DNA from: an uncultured Candidatus Saccharibacteria bacterium
GTDB lineage: Bacteria; Patescibacteriota; JABMPQ01; JAQVVF01
Length of the DNA: 64,000 nt
Assembly: GCA_964574655.1 (NCBI GenBank)
Contig: CAZNOH010000002.1
Span: 29,620-93,619, forward strand
Reading direction: 5' to 3'
Shown here: in pieces, positions 18,909-27,245 of the stretch
How positions within the stretch are numbered: the stretch's first letter is position 1
How the letters are laid out: every line of letters starts with the position of its first letter
Notes under the pieces: generated by a model
Told to the model about the DNA's origin: nothing
Database searches by the model: none
What the model saw: the letters and a program-made list of their open reading frames with translations, nothing else
Translations under genes and position numbers: made by a program

Positions 18909-19997
18909 ATGAACTACAAGAAGATAATTCCTATTAGCGTAATTATACTGGCGATAGCTTTGTCTTTTGTTTTTATTAAGTTCAAAGCAACAGCGCCTGA
19001 TCCATTAAAAAATTGGACTTTAAAACAAAAAGTTGGTCAATTATTAATGGTTAATTTTAATGGCACTGAACCTGATTACTATGTTAACAAGATGATTCTA
19101 GAAAGAAATGTCGGTGGCGTGATTTTAATGGGAGCAAATATTAAAGACAGCGAGCAAGTCAAAATTTTAACGAATGCCTTGCAATATAATACAACGCAAA
19201 ATGAAAAGCAAATCCCTTTATTTATTTCAGTTGACCAAGAAGGCGGGGAAGTCACAAGGCTAAAAGATGTAGAGAAAACAGCGCAGAAAGCTATTAAGAC
19301 TGAAGACCAAGCACAAAAAATTGCCAAGACTAGGGGAGAGCAACTATTAAATTTAGGGATAAATATTAATTTAGCGCCTGTTCTAGATTTTAGTGATGAC
19401 AAAAAATCATTTATTTATTCTCGGACTTTTGAAACTGATTTAGATAATACAACGAAATTAGGTATCTCAACTGCAAAAGGGTATAATCAAGCAAAAATTA
19501 TTTACGTGCCTAAGCACTTCCCCGGCCATTTTAATTCTGTAATTGATTCTCATCAAGAATTGCCAATGATTTTAGAATCAGAAAAAGAAATGCTTAAAAA
19601 TGTTGAGCCATTTGCAGAAGTAATCAAAGACCAAGATCCAAAGATAATAATGACATCTCATACACTTTATCCCGAGATAGATCCAAAATATCCAGCAACG
19701 TTATCAAAGAAAATATTAAATAATATATTAAGAAAAAAGCTGAAATTTAATGGATTGATTATGACTGATGATTTAAGTATGAAAGCATTAACAACAAAAT
19801 ATCCAATTGAAGAAACAGCAGTAAAAGCCTTACAGGCGGGAAATGATATTCTATTAATTATCAGCGAACCTGAAGAGCAAGTCAAAGTTTTTGATGCAAT
19901 TATAAAAGCAGTCGAAGAGAATAAAATATCAGAAAAAGAAATTGATCAAAAAGTGATTAAAATTCTAGAAACAAAGAATCAGATGTTAGATAAATAG
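18909..19997 (+). CDS. nagZ: beta-N-acetylhexosaminidase, GH3 family, membrane-anchored
   Basis: KVGQLLMVNFNG, DQEGG, KHFPGHF and MTDDLSMKA are GH3 N-terminal domain motifs; N-terminal TM segment. Confidence 0.8.
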   Translation: MNYKKIIPISVIILAIALSFVFIKFKATAPDPLKNWTLKQKVGQLLMVNFNGTEPDYYVNKMILERNVGGVILMGANIKDSEQVKILTNALQYNTTQNEKQIPLFISVDQEGGEVTRLKDVEKTAQKAIKTEDQAQKIAKTRGEQLLNLGININLAPVLDFSDDKKSFIYSRTFETDLDNTTKLGISTAKGYNQAKIIYVPKHFPGHFNSVIDSHQELPMILESEKEMLKNVEPFAEVIKDQDPKIIMTSHTLYPEIDPKYPATLSKKILNNILRKKLKFNGLIMTDDLSMKALTTKYPIEETAVKALQAGNDILLIISEPEEQVKVFDAIIKAVEENKISEKEIDQKVIKILETKNQMLDK

Positions 19998-20053
19998 ATT
20001 GGCCAAAAATAAATAAAATGCTATATTCAAGTTAGAAGATATTAAAAAATATT

Positions 20054-20224
20054 ATGAAAAACAAAAATCTTAAAACACAATTTGGAACAGATCAGCCGGT
20101 CACTCTAAAAAAGCCTGATTACAGTCAAAAAACATTAAAAAAGCTGCTTGATCTTATTGAAAAAAATCGAAAGATTGAAGAAGAATGGCAGGCTAAAAAT
20201 ATAAAACATGAATGTTCTGTATAG
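20054..20224 (+). CDS. small 56-aa ORF overlapping the next gene by 17 nt
   Basis: MKNKNLKTQFGTDQPVTLKKPDYSQ... It is below the cutoff of the ORF track, and its stop overlaps the ATG at 20208. Confidence 0.3.
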   Translation: MKNKNLKTQFGTDQPVTLKKPDYSQKTLKKLLDLIEKNRKIEEEWQAKNIKHECSV

Positions 20225-20816
20225 TGAAAATCTAATTTCGCATTTACGGAACGCAAATGTACTTTTGGATAATGATTTTCTAAGCTCTTTACATCAAGAC
20301 AAGGAATATTTTCGTGTCTTTTTTGATTTAGCTAAATCAAAAAATAGTCAGATTATAATAGACCCATTTACGAAATTAGAATTTCTTAGAGATTCGAAAA
20401 ATATCGAACAACGAAAAACAAAGAAAAGCTTTATTGAATTAGAAAATTTTTTCCTACCTGCAAACATTTATTATGATTTAGTTCGCAAGCAATTAGATAT
20501 TGCCTTATTTTTATCAGACAAATATAAAGGACAAGCTACTAGTCAAAACAAGAAAAATCAACAAAATACGCAATGTTCGCCTAGCACTGTTGATTTGTTG
20601 CTTGCAGCCAGATCGATGCTACAGAATTCAATGAATATTATTATAATAACAGGCAATAAAAAAGATTATCCTTCATTTCTCTTTGATCTTATAGGAACAA
20701 TAAACTATGAAGAAATAAGTGGGAGTATAAAAACATTTAGCTTAATCGAGTTTAAAGAAGAAAAATCAACTGAATACCTTAGAGAACTTCAAGAAAGATG
20801 GGACACAAAAGATTAA
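20208..20816 (+). CDS. hypothetical protein, possibly PIN-like
   Basis: Acidic residues at NVLLDNDFL, TVDLLLAA and IIITGNKKDY in a PIN-like arrangement. This is a weak call. Confidence 0.4.
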   Translation: MNVLYSENLISHLRNANVLLDNDFLSSLHQDKEYFRVFFDLAKSKNSQIIIDPFTKLEFLRDSKNIEQRKTKKSFIELENFFLPANIYYDLVRKQLDIALFLSDKYKGQATSQNKKNQQNTQCSPSTVDLLLAARSMLQNSMNIIIITGNKKDYPSFLFDLIGTINYEEISGSIKTFSLIEFKEEKSTEYLRELQERWDTKD

Positions 20817-20887
20817 ATCAAAAAAAACAGCGGAAAATTCTGCTGTTTTTTTGTTATTTATAATTTAGTTATTTTTATTATTGGCAA

Positions 20888-21835
20888 TCACATCCATCTC
20901 TTCAGCCACTCCAGCATCTTTTCCGGCTTTGTTTCAAAATAGCTGTAAGATTCAAAACGATGTTTTGTATCATAAATCCAAAAAAACTCTTTTGGGTTAT
21001 CTGGAGTGTCGCGATAAAAGCCTTCAATATCAGAAAGCTCTGTCCATGGATCATTTTTCGCCTGCACATACATTGTCGGCACTCTCAAATCCCTAACATA
21101 ATCTTTTGGCGACATCATTTCCATATGTTCGCCTCCTCGCATCACTACAAATTTCTTAATCATCGGCATAAATATTTTCTGGCCAATCGGCATTAAAACA
21201 ATTTTCATATATGTTCTAATAAATACTTCCATAGAAATCGGCTGTATTGCAAATAGGCATTTAACATTTTTAAAAGCATTAGGTACTTTGCTCATGGCAA
21301 TAATCGTTGAATTGGCGCCCATGCAAAAGCTGACAAATCCAACAGGCATATTCTTAAGATCATCTCTTTTCTGAATATAATTCATCGCGCCAACAACATC
21401 CTTGTATTCTTCCAAGCCGACTCCGGCAATTCCTTTGTTTGAACTAGCATCGCTTTCACCATGATTGCGGAAGTCAAACATCAATACAGAATAGCCTTGA
21501 TTATGCAGATGTTTGGCAGTATTTAGAAACTGAACTTCTTTATAATATAATTTAGTTAAATTTTTATAAGCAACAGTTGAGCCATACTTTGTTAATCCAC
21601 CAACATGAGTCATGATAATCAACTTATCTAAATTTCCCGGTATCAGCCAGCCACGAATTATCACGCCATCAGAAGCCTTGAATTCAATTTTTTCATAATT
21701 CATTCCATAATCTTTCGGATTTTTCGGCACAGGCTGGCGATTAAGATGAATCACAGTTCCAGCTAAAAAATAGGCCATGCCAAAATAAATCATGGCAATA
21801 GCTAAAATAATAATTACAAGATATATGAAAATCAT
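20888..21835 (-). CDS. alpha/beta-hydrolase fold protein, membrane-anchored
   Basis: N-terminal TM segment, a nucleophile elbow VSFCMGANS and HGESD segments. Confidence 0.65.
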   Translation of the reverse strand: MIFIYLVIIILAIAMIYFGMAYFLAGTVIHLNRQPVPKNPKDYGMNYEKIEFKASDGVIIRGWLIPGNLDKLIIMTHVGGLTKYGSTVAYKNLTKLYYKEVQFLNTAKHLHNQGYSVLMFDFRNHGESDASSNKGIAGVGLEEYKDVVGAMNYIQKRDDLKNMPVGFVSFCMGANSTIIAMSKVPNAFKNVKCLFAIQPISMEVFIRTYMKIVLMPIGQKIFMPMIKKFVVMRGGEHMEMMSPKDYVRDLRVPTMYVQAKNDPWTELSDIEGFYRDTPDNPKEFFWIYDTKHRFESYSYFETKPEKMLEWLKRWM

Positions 21836-21930
21836 AAAATCAACTTACTTCTATATTATAATACAACGTAATCAATTTAAAAACAAAAACAGCATTCAGT
21901 GCTGTTTTTTGATTTACTTATTTTTCTTAA

Positions 21931-22002
21931 GGTGGCTAAAGGGAATCGGACCCTTGTAGCTGCTGCCACAGAGCAGTGCTCTGCCATTGAGCTATAGCCA
22001 CC
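21931..22002 (-). tRNA. tRNA-His(GTG) with an encoded G-1
   Basis: Anticodon loop CTGTGGC and an extra 5' G pairing with C73. Confidence 0.8.
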
Positions 22003-22078
22003 ATTATGCCAATTAAAAATTCCAAATGAAAAATGAAAAATTACTTTTAACTTTAGACTTTTAACTTTTAACTTCGTC

Positions 22079-22150
22079 TGCCCTCGGCACGAATTGAACG
22101 CACATTCACCCCTTAGGACGGGGTTGTTCTATCCGTTGAACTACGAGGGC
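22079..22150 (-). tRNA. tRNA-Arg(CCT)
   Basis: Anticodon arm ACCCC-GTCCTAA-GGGGT, D-arm GTTC/GAAC, and acceptor stem GCCCTCG/CGAGGGC. Confidence 0.7.
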
Positions 22151-22247
22151 CCGAACGAAGTTTCTGTAATAGTCACGCCTAGTATTGATTATTGAACATC
22201 TGTATTCAAAGTTGATAACTTCAATTGCAGAAACTTCGTTCGGGCCG
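22147..22247. repeat. 100-bp hairpin (16-bp arms) abutting tRNA-Arg(CCT) at an islet boundary
   Basis: gggcccgaacgaagtttctg...cagaaacttcgttcgggcc. Confidence 0.6.
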
Positions 22248-22382
22248 AGGACCCTTATACGTCCAATTCACAAAACCTCCATAACATTTCTAATTATATA
22301 TGAAAAATATTGACAGGTCAATTACACTTTGCATTTCTATAAGCTGAAAAAATAAAAAAACCGTTAAAAAACGGTTAGATAA

Positions 22383-22670
22383 TCAACATAGTACAAAATT
22401 CGCATAAAAAGAACCAAAATCAGTATCAACAATTCCATTCTTGCCAAATACCATCTCAACGATCGTTTGAATTGCCTGATGAACTGTTCTGCCCGAGCTG
22501 TCCATGATCAACCAGTCATTCCATTCGTCAATTTTTGCACCATCCCTATCCAAAAGCGTTACACCCATCCGTGATCCGCCATCAGAAGCATTCCATGAAA
22601 TCCTGATTTTTCCGATGTTATTCTTCTTTGCCAGAAGACGATCATGAAGCGTTTGCTTGTTGTCAGACAT
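22383..22670 (-). CDS. hypothetical 95-aa protein (islet; SD AGGAGG)
   Basis: Start at MSDNKQ. The longer track ORF 22383..22859 overlaps the zinc-ribbon gene out of frame and is rejected. Confidence 0.45.
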   Translation of the reverse strand: MSDNKQTLHDRLLAKKNNIGKIRISWNASDGGSRMGVTLLDRDGAKIDEWNDWLIMDSSGRTVHQAIQTIVEMVFGKNGIVDTDFGSFYANFVLC

Positions 22671-22893
22671 TTCGAGCCTCCTGATGCGTGCAACTCGAAA
22701 AGCTTGTGCAACGAGTGCAAACAAGCACTCCCTCTCCGGCGATACTTTCACAATCTGGACAGCACGGCTTTTCGCAAACTGAGCAGACATCAAAACTCTT
22801 GTGGTCTTCAGGAGTAACAATATAATCCTTACCACAGCAAGGACAATGAAATGTGCCAACCTGACCAGGAAGAAGAATCTGTGTCGTCTGCAT
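22663..22893 (-). CDS. Cys-rich zinc-ribbon protein (76 aa)
   Basis: CPCCGK, CSVCEKPCCPDC and CTRC motifs; SD GAAGGAGA. Confidence 0.5.
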   Translation of the reverse strand: MQTTQILLPGQVGTFHCPCCGKDYIVTPEDHKSFDVCSVCEKPCCPDCESIAGEGVLVCTRCTSFSSCTHQEARNV

Positions 22894-23102
22894 TTTGTCT
22901 CCTTCTGCTCTTTAAAGAGCGACCCTGATCAAAAACTATCAAAGAAAACTGTATTTGTCAACGCTTTTCAATATTTCCATCCAAAGATGATAACTAGTAC
23001 ATTTTATTATTCTTCAAAAAAACTTGTAAGTAAATGCTTGCCAAAAATAAAAGGTTATGTTAGTCTAATACATTGCACCTTCACAACCAGAGAGGGAGAA
23101 AC

Positions 23103-23789
23103 ATGGCCAGACAACAAGTTTTGGTTGAGGAATTAGTAAGGCAAGAAGAAACACGATTCATTGATCAAATGGGAGATTTGGAAGCACAAAGATCAGCTGA
23201 AAGAAATGCCGTTGAAGAAATCGAAACAGGCATTCCAAGAATGCGTGAAACTGTTACTGACGCTTTTCCTAGTATTGAAGCGAATGAACTCAATCGGCTT
23301 TTGCAAGAAGCCCGAATGACTCTTCGTCGTAAAGCTGGACTTGAAGCGCCTGATCAAAATGAAGCTGAATCACTGGCTAGGGTTGTAGGCAATCGATTTG
23401 TGCATAAATACATGATGCTTTGGGCAATCTTGATTGTCTTGAGCTTCATCGTCAGTATGATTGGAATTAACTATTTGGTTGAAAATGATAAGTCAGTAGC
23501 AACGGAATCGCAGGTTCCTGTTTCAATCGAAGCTATCCACGTAACAGGTACAAATCAAGTGAACATCAATGTCTATTCCAGCACAGACGCAGATGAAGTG
23601 CTTCTTTATCGCAACACCAGCGTAGTTAAGAAATGGCAAAAGGGCGGAAATTTTTTTCCAGTTGTAGAGTATCATGATCGCGGTACTTACGTGTATTTTG
23701 CCGAAGCGTTTCGCGACGGAGTTAAGACCACCAGTCAACAGGTTCAGGTGGTCTTTGGTCAAAACAACAAGGAGGGACAGCAGAGATGA
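23103..23789 (+). CDS. hypothetical single-TM protein (islet)
   Basis: SD GAGGGAG precedes MARQQ; there is a central TM segment. Confidence 0.5.
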   Translation: MARQQVLVEELVRQEETRFIDQMGDLEAQRSAERNAVEEIETGIPRMRETVTDAFPSIEANELNRLLQEARMTLRRKAGLEAPDQNEAESLARVVGNRFVHKYMMLWAILIVLSFIVSMIGINYLVENDKSVATESQVPVSIEAIHVTGTNQVNINVYSSTDADEVLLYRNTSVVKKWQKGGNFFPVVEYHDRGTYVYFAEAFRDGVKTTSQQVQVVFGQNNKEGQQR

Positions 23790-24058
23790 CATTCTTGTGG
23801 GCATTGCTTGTAAGTGCAATCGGAGCAATTAGTTTCAATTTCGGAAAACGTGAAACAAGCTATTGGCTAGGTTATGGAATTAAATTTGCTTGCTATCTGG
23901 CACTCGTCTGGCTAATCCAATATCATGTTCTGACAACCTTCGATGCAATGCGAACAATAACCTGGATTCTTGTATTGATGGGCATTAGCAATGGACTGAT
24001 GTACTCTTTGAAGCAACAGAAGACGGTCCAGTTACTGGCGGAATCATCGGAGCACTAG
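23786..24058 (+). CDS. small membrane protein (islet)
   Basis: Three hydrophobic segments; its stop overlaps the next start. Confidence 0.45.
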   Translation: MTFLWALLVSAIGAISFNFGKRETSYWLGYGIKFACYLALVWLIQYHVLTTFDAMRTITWILVLMGISNGLMYSLKQQKTVQLLAESSEH

Positions 24059-24141
24059 TTTCCGTTGTTCTCCTACTTTGCTTTAGTATCAACAGCTGTG
24101 AGTGTGCTCGTGCTGAAGATCTCTACAAAACAGTTGCAACA

Positions 24142-25641
24142 ATGCAGGTAGATGCTACCAAGTTCAACCAGAATCCAGTTGACGAGAATCATATCAGAGT
24201 TGTGCCAAAAGAAACAGCCATGAGGGTTGCAAAACAAGAGATTTCTTCCAGCGGTCAGAACTACGGCGCATACTATGAATTCCAAAATCAGAGTATGACA
24301 ATCCAGAAGGTTAATGGACGGCTCTATTGGGTCGCTCCAATGGAATTCGCTGGATATTTCAAGTCAGTAAATGCAAAGTTTACGCCAGGATACATCATGA
24401 TTTCAGCTGAAGATGAAACGGAAAAGCCGAAGTTGGTAACAAAGAAAGCTGATGGATCATCGATCAAAATGATCTATCTGATGTCAGCATGGTTCGGTGA
24501 TGAACTTGATCGATTCCTGTATAACAAGCATCCAGATTGGTATCTCGACGACTTCTCCTTTGAAGTCGATGAGGAATTGAATCCATGGCAGGTTGCGACA
24601 GTCCTTGATCGTTTCGCTGGCTACAATTACTACACTGTAAAAGGCGTACTAGTTGTGAGTCCAGAAACTGGTGAAGAAAAATTCTACAAGGTTGAAGATA
24701 TTCCAAGCTGGGTTGATCGAGCCGTTCCGCAAAAATTGGCAATCAATTTTTTCAGATGGTGGGGCACTTACAAGTATGGTTGGATGAACAACGTGAATTC
24801 CAATCCAGATTTGAAGAAACCAACTGAAATTAGTGGCCAGTATGCAGTCGAAATGATTTGGGGATCTGATGATGAACCGTACTGGTTCACAGGATTCACT
24901 TCTATGAACGACAATGATCAAGCTCTTGTTGGCAAAGCTTTTATGGATACAAGGACAGGAAGGTTCTTCTACATTCCAGCAAGTGGAGCCACAGAGGAAA
25001 GAGTTGCAAGTGACATTCACGCAGTACTCGGCAAGCAAACAGTCGATCTGGCTGTAAGTGAACCGATTCCCTACAATATGTATGGACAACCTAACTGCTG
25101 GGTAGCGCAAGTCATTTCGATGCCAAGCGGTGAAGGCCAAGCACAACATAGTGGCGGAGCGCTTGTCAAAATCGCGATTGTCAATGGTGATACAACAGCA
25201 CCACCAGTCTTGGCTGAAAGCAAGCGAGAGGCACTAACACTCTTCAAGCAGTCTCTTGCTAGAAATGGAATCCAGACAACGGTCAGCGATACGAGCGCGC
25301 GGAAAGAACTGAGGGGAAGTATCCAGCGACTCAGCATCATCCCTCAGGAAAATTCAACAAGCATTCGATTCAGTCTCGAAGGCAGTTCTCTGGAGTTTGC
25401 CTGCGATTTGTTGAAATCTGATCAGAGCAAAACGTCACTGACGCTTGCTAAGCCAGGTGATGTTGTAAATATTATCTATTTCGAAACCAAGGAAAGACTC
25501 GTCACTGTCGATGACTTCTCAGTTGAAGGCCAAGTCCCAGTCACCTCTCCAAACCAGGAGAGAATGGACGAGACTGTTCGACAGCAACGTGAACTCGAAC
25601 AAGAGCAGGCTCCCCCAGTTCAACCAGTTCCCGCACAATAA
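24142..25641 (+). CDS. hypothetical 499-aa protein (islet)
   Basis: Long ORF with no recognisable motifs; GC about 44% against an AT-rich host. Confidence 0.55.
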   Translation: MQVDATKFNQNPVDENHIRVVPKETAMRVAKQEISSSGQNYGAYYEFQNQSMTIQKVNGRLYWVAPMEFAGYFKSVNAKFTPGYIMISAEDETEKPKLVTKKADGSSIKMIYLMSAWFGDELDRFLYNKHPDWYLDDFSFEVDEELNPWQVATVLDRFAGYNYYTVKGVLVVSPETGEEKFYKVEDIPSWVDRAVPQKLAINFFRWWGTYKYGWMNNVNSNPDLKKPTEISGQYAVEMIWGSDDEPYWFTGFTSMNDNDQALVGKAFMDTRTGRFFYIPASGATEERVASDIHAVLGKQTVDLAVSEPIPYNMYGQPNCWVAQVISMPSGEGQAQHSGGALVKIAIVNGDTTAPPVLAESKREALTLFKQSLARNGIQTTVSDTSARKELRGSIQRLSIIPQENSTSIRFSLEGSSLEFACDLLKSDQSKTSLTLAKPGDVVNIIYFETKERLVTVDDFSVEGQVPVTSPNQERMDETVRQQRELEQEQAPPVQPVPAQ

Positions 25642-25694
25642 TATAGTTATCCGTACCTTTTTTCAAACCACATTCGTGGTTTTTTTATTTATTG

Positions 25695-25788
25695 GAACTT
25701 CGGAGTTTCGGAACTTCAGATCGTCAGAACGTTCCGACGTTCCGACGTTCCGACGTTCCTAAGCTCCGACAGTCCGAAGCTCTGTTCC
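25695..25788. repeat. tandem octamer array (CCGACGTT)n of the GACGTTCC family
   Basis: cagaacgttccgacgttccgacgttccgacgttcc. Confidence 0.6.
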
Positions 25789-25952
25789 TAACCTGTGCAT
25801 AACTATGGTATAACTTGTGTTTTGGTGTTCGCTAGTTATTGGTATTCTTTTTAATAAATGCTATAATTATGTCGAAAGTGTCGGACACTTTAGACAGATG
25901 CTTGAATAAGGCAAAAAAGCGTGTTATAGCAAAAATGTTCCACGTGGAACAA

Positions 25953-26045
25953 TCGGAGCGTCGGAGAATCAGAACGTCAGATCGTCGGAGCGTAGGACGT
26001 TCCGACGTTCCGACGTTCTGAAGCTCCGAAGATCTGACGCTCCAA
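25953..26045. repeat. tandem octamer array of the GACGTTCC family, second copy in the same orientation
   Basis: tcagaacgtcagatcgtcggagcgtaggacgttccgacgttccgacgttctg. Confidence 0.6.
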
Positions 26046-26056
26046 ATTCAAAAATT

Positions 26057-26806
26057 ATGGAAATCAAGGAATCATTGCAACAATTTGGATTAAAGCTATC
26101 CGAGTCCAACCTGTACCTGGCTGGCTTAAAATTGGGACCTGTCACAGTTAATGCCTTGGCAAAAGAGGCGAATGTGAAACGCACTACTGCCTATGCCAGT
26201 CTTGAAAAACTCAAAAAAATAAAACTCGCAAAAGAATATAAAAAGGGGAGATCTACAATCTTTGAAATGTGTTCTCCAGAAAGTCTACGTGATACACTTA
26301 AAATTCAAAGAGAAAAACTTATCGAACAAGAAGTGCTTCTCACCGATCTAATACCAAATATCAACGACTTCCTCAAATCAGAAACAAAGGTTGAAAATAT
26401 TAAAAAGTATGATAAGATTGAAGAAATTAAACAGATTTTATTTGATTTATTCTTGTCTAAAGATAAATTGCTAATCATGGGCTCAGACAAGTATCTTACA
26501 GAATATTTAGACAAACTAAAATTTCTAGACAAATTCTTAAGCAAAAGAATAGAAAAGAACAACAATATCTATATAGTTACAGATGCAAAAGACATTATGA
26601 CAGGCAAGTATCCTGATAATCAATCATCTCCTCATTACAAGTTCACTCCTAATCAAATAGACTTTAAATCACTGATCTTAATCTCAGGCAATCGCTTCTT
26701 ACAGATTCATTTCAATGCAAAGGTTACCGGTTTATATATAGAAGACAAGCATTTCATTTCTGCAATGAGATATTTCTTCCAGTTCTTGTGGAATAGTCTT
26801 AAATAA
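26057..26806 (+). CDS. TrmB-like transcriptional regulator (paralog of 11658..12443)
   Basis: N-terminal HTH LSESNLYLAGLKLGPVTVNALAKEANVKRTTAY. It is flanked by the palindrome ATGTTCCACGTGGAACA at 25936-25951 and 26884-26901. Confidence 0.55.
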   Translation: MEIKESLQQFGLKLSESNLYLAGLKLGPVTVNALAKEANVKRTTAYASLEKLKKIKLAKEYKKGRSTIFEMCSPESLRDTLKIQREKLIEQEVLLTDLIPNINDFLKSETKVENIKKYDKIEEIKQILFDLFLSKDKLLIMGSDKYLTEYLDKLKFLDKFLSKRIEKNNNIYIVTDAKDIMTGKYPDNQSSPHYKFTPNQIDFKSLILISGNRFLQIHFNAKVTGLYIEDKHFISAMRYFFQFLWNSLK

Positions 26807-26814
26807 GCAAGCGC

Positions 26815-26862
26815 TGATTCGACGCTGATACTGACGCTGATTCGACGCTGATAATCGCTTAA
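26815..26862. repeat. tandem 11-mer repeat (TTCGACGCTGA)n
   Basis: gctgattcgacgctgatactgacgctgattcgacgctgataat. Confidence 0.5.
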
Positions 26863-26912
26863 ATTTAGTCTGGCAATATTAGAATGTTCCACGTGGAACA
26901 TTTCGAATCTTT

Positions 26913-26983
26913 CGGGGCATAGTATACCGGTAGTACGCGTCCTTCGGGAGGATGTAGACTGGGTTCGATTCCCAGTGCCCCGA
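26913..26983 (+). tRNA. tRNA-Pro(CGG), copy 1
   Basis: C1-G72 pair, anticodon loop TTCGGGA, T-arm CTGGGTTCGATTCCCAG. Confidence 0.75.
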
Positions 26984-26990
26984 TTCGAAT

Positions 26991-27068
26991 TATAAATAAC
27001 TAAATGAAAAATAACAAAATTGCCGTCGGGTCGATAATTTAGTTATTTTGTTATTTAGTTATTTATAA
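26991..27068. repeat. tRNA-associated hairpin element (arms ATAACTAAAT...AACAAAATT)
   Basis: aaataactaaatgaaaaataacaaaatt-gccgtcgggtcgat-aatttagttattttgttatttagttattt. A homolog occurs at 30409-30493. Confidence 0.6.
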
Positions 27069-27076
27069 TTCACAGT

Positions 27077-27147
27077 GGGCCTATGGTATAGTGGCAGCAC
27101 GTGGCATTCGCATTGCCAAGACGGCGGTCCGATTCCGCCTAAGTACA
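27077..27147 (+). tRNA. tRNA-Ala(CGC)-like, possibly degenerate
   Basis: Anticodon arm TGGCA-TTCGCAT-TGCCA, a G3-U70 pair, T-arm GGCGGTCCGATTCCGCC. The acceptor stem has two mismatches. Confidence 0.45.
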
Positions 27148-27245
27148 TATTAACAATCAACTCCTAACAAATAGCATTTAACAAATTAAAAAAAATAAAT
27201 TCTAAATCCTAAACTCTAAATAAACTCAAAAATAAAATTCAAAAT

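Noticed and set aside
22383-22859. Long version of the 158-aa ORF overlapping the zinc-ribbon gene
   Set aside because: It overlaps 22663..22893 out of frame for about 200 nt. An internal start at MSDNKQ with an AGGAGG SD gives a clean non-overlapping gene.
25839-26901. ORFs 25839..26021 +, 25969..26184 - and 26707..26901 -
   Set aside because: They are translations running through the GACGTTCC arrays and the TGTTCCACGTGGAACA palindrome (for example the MFHVE motif). They are not genes.
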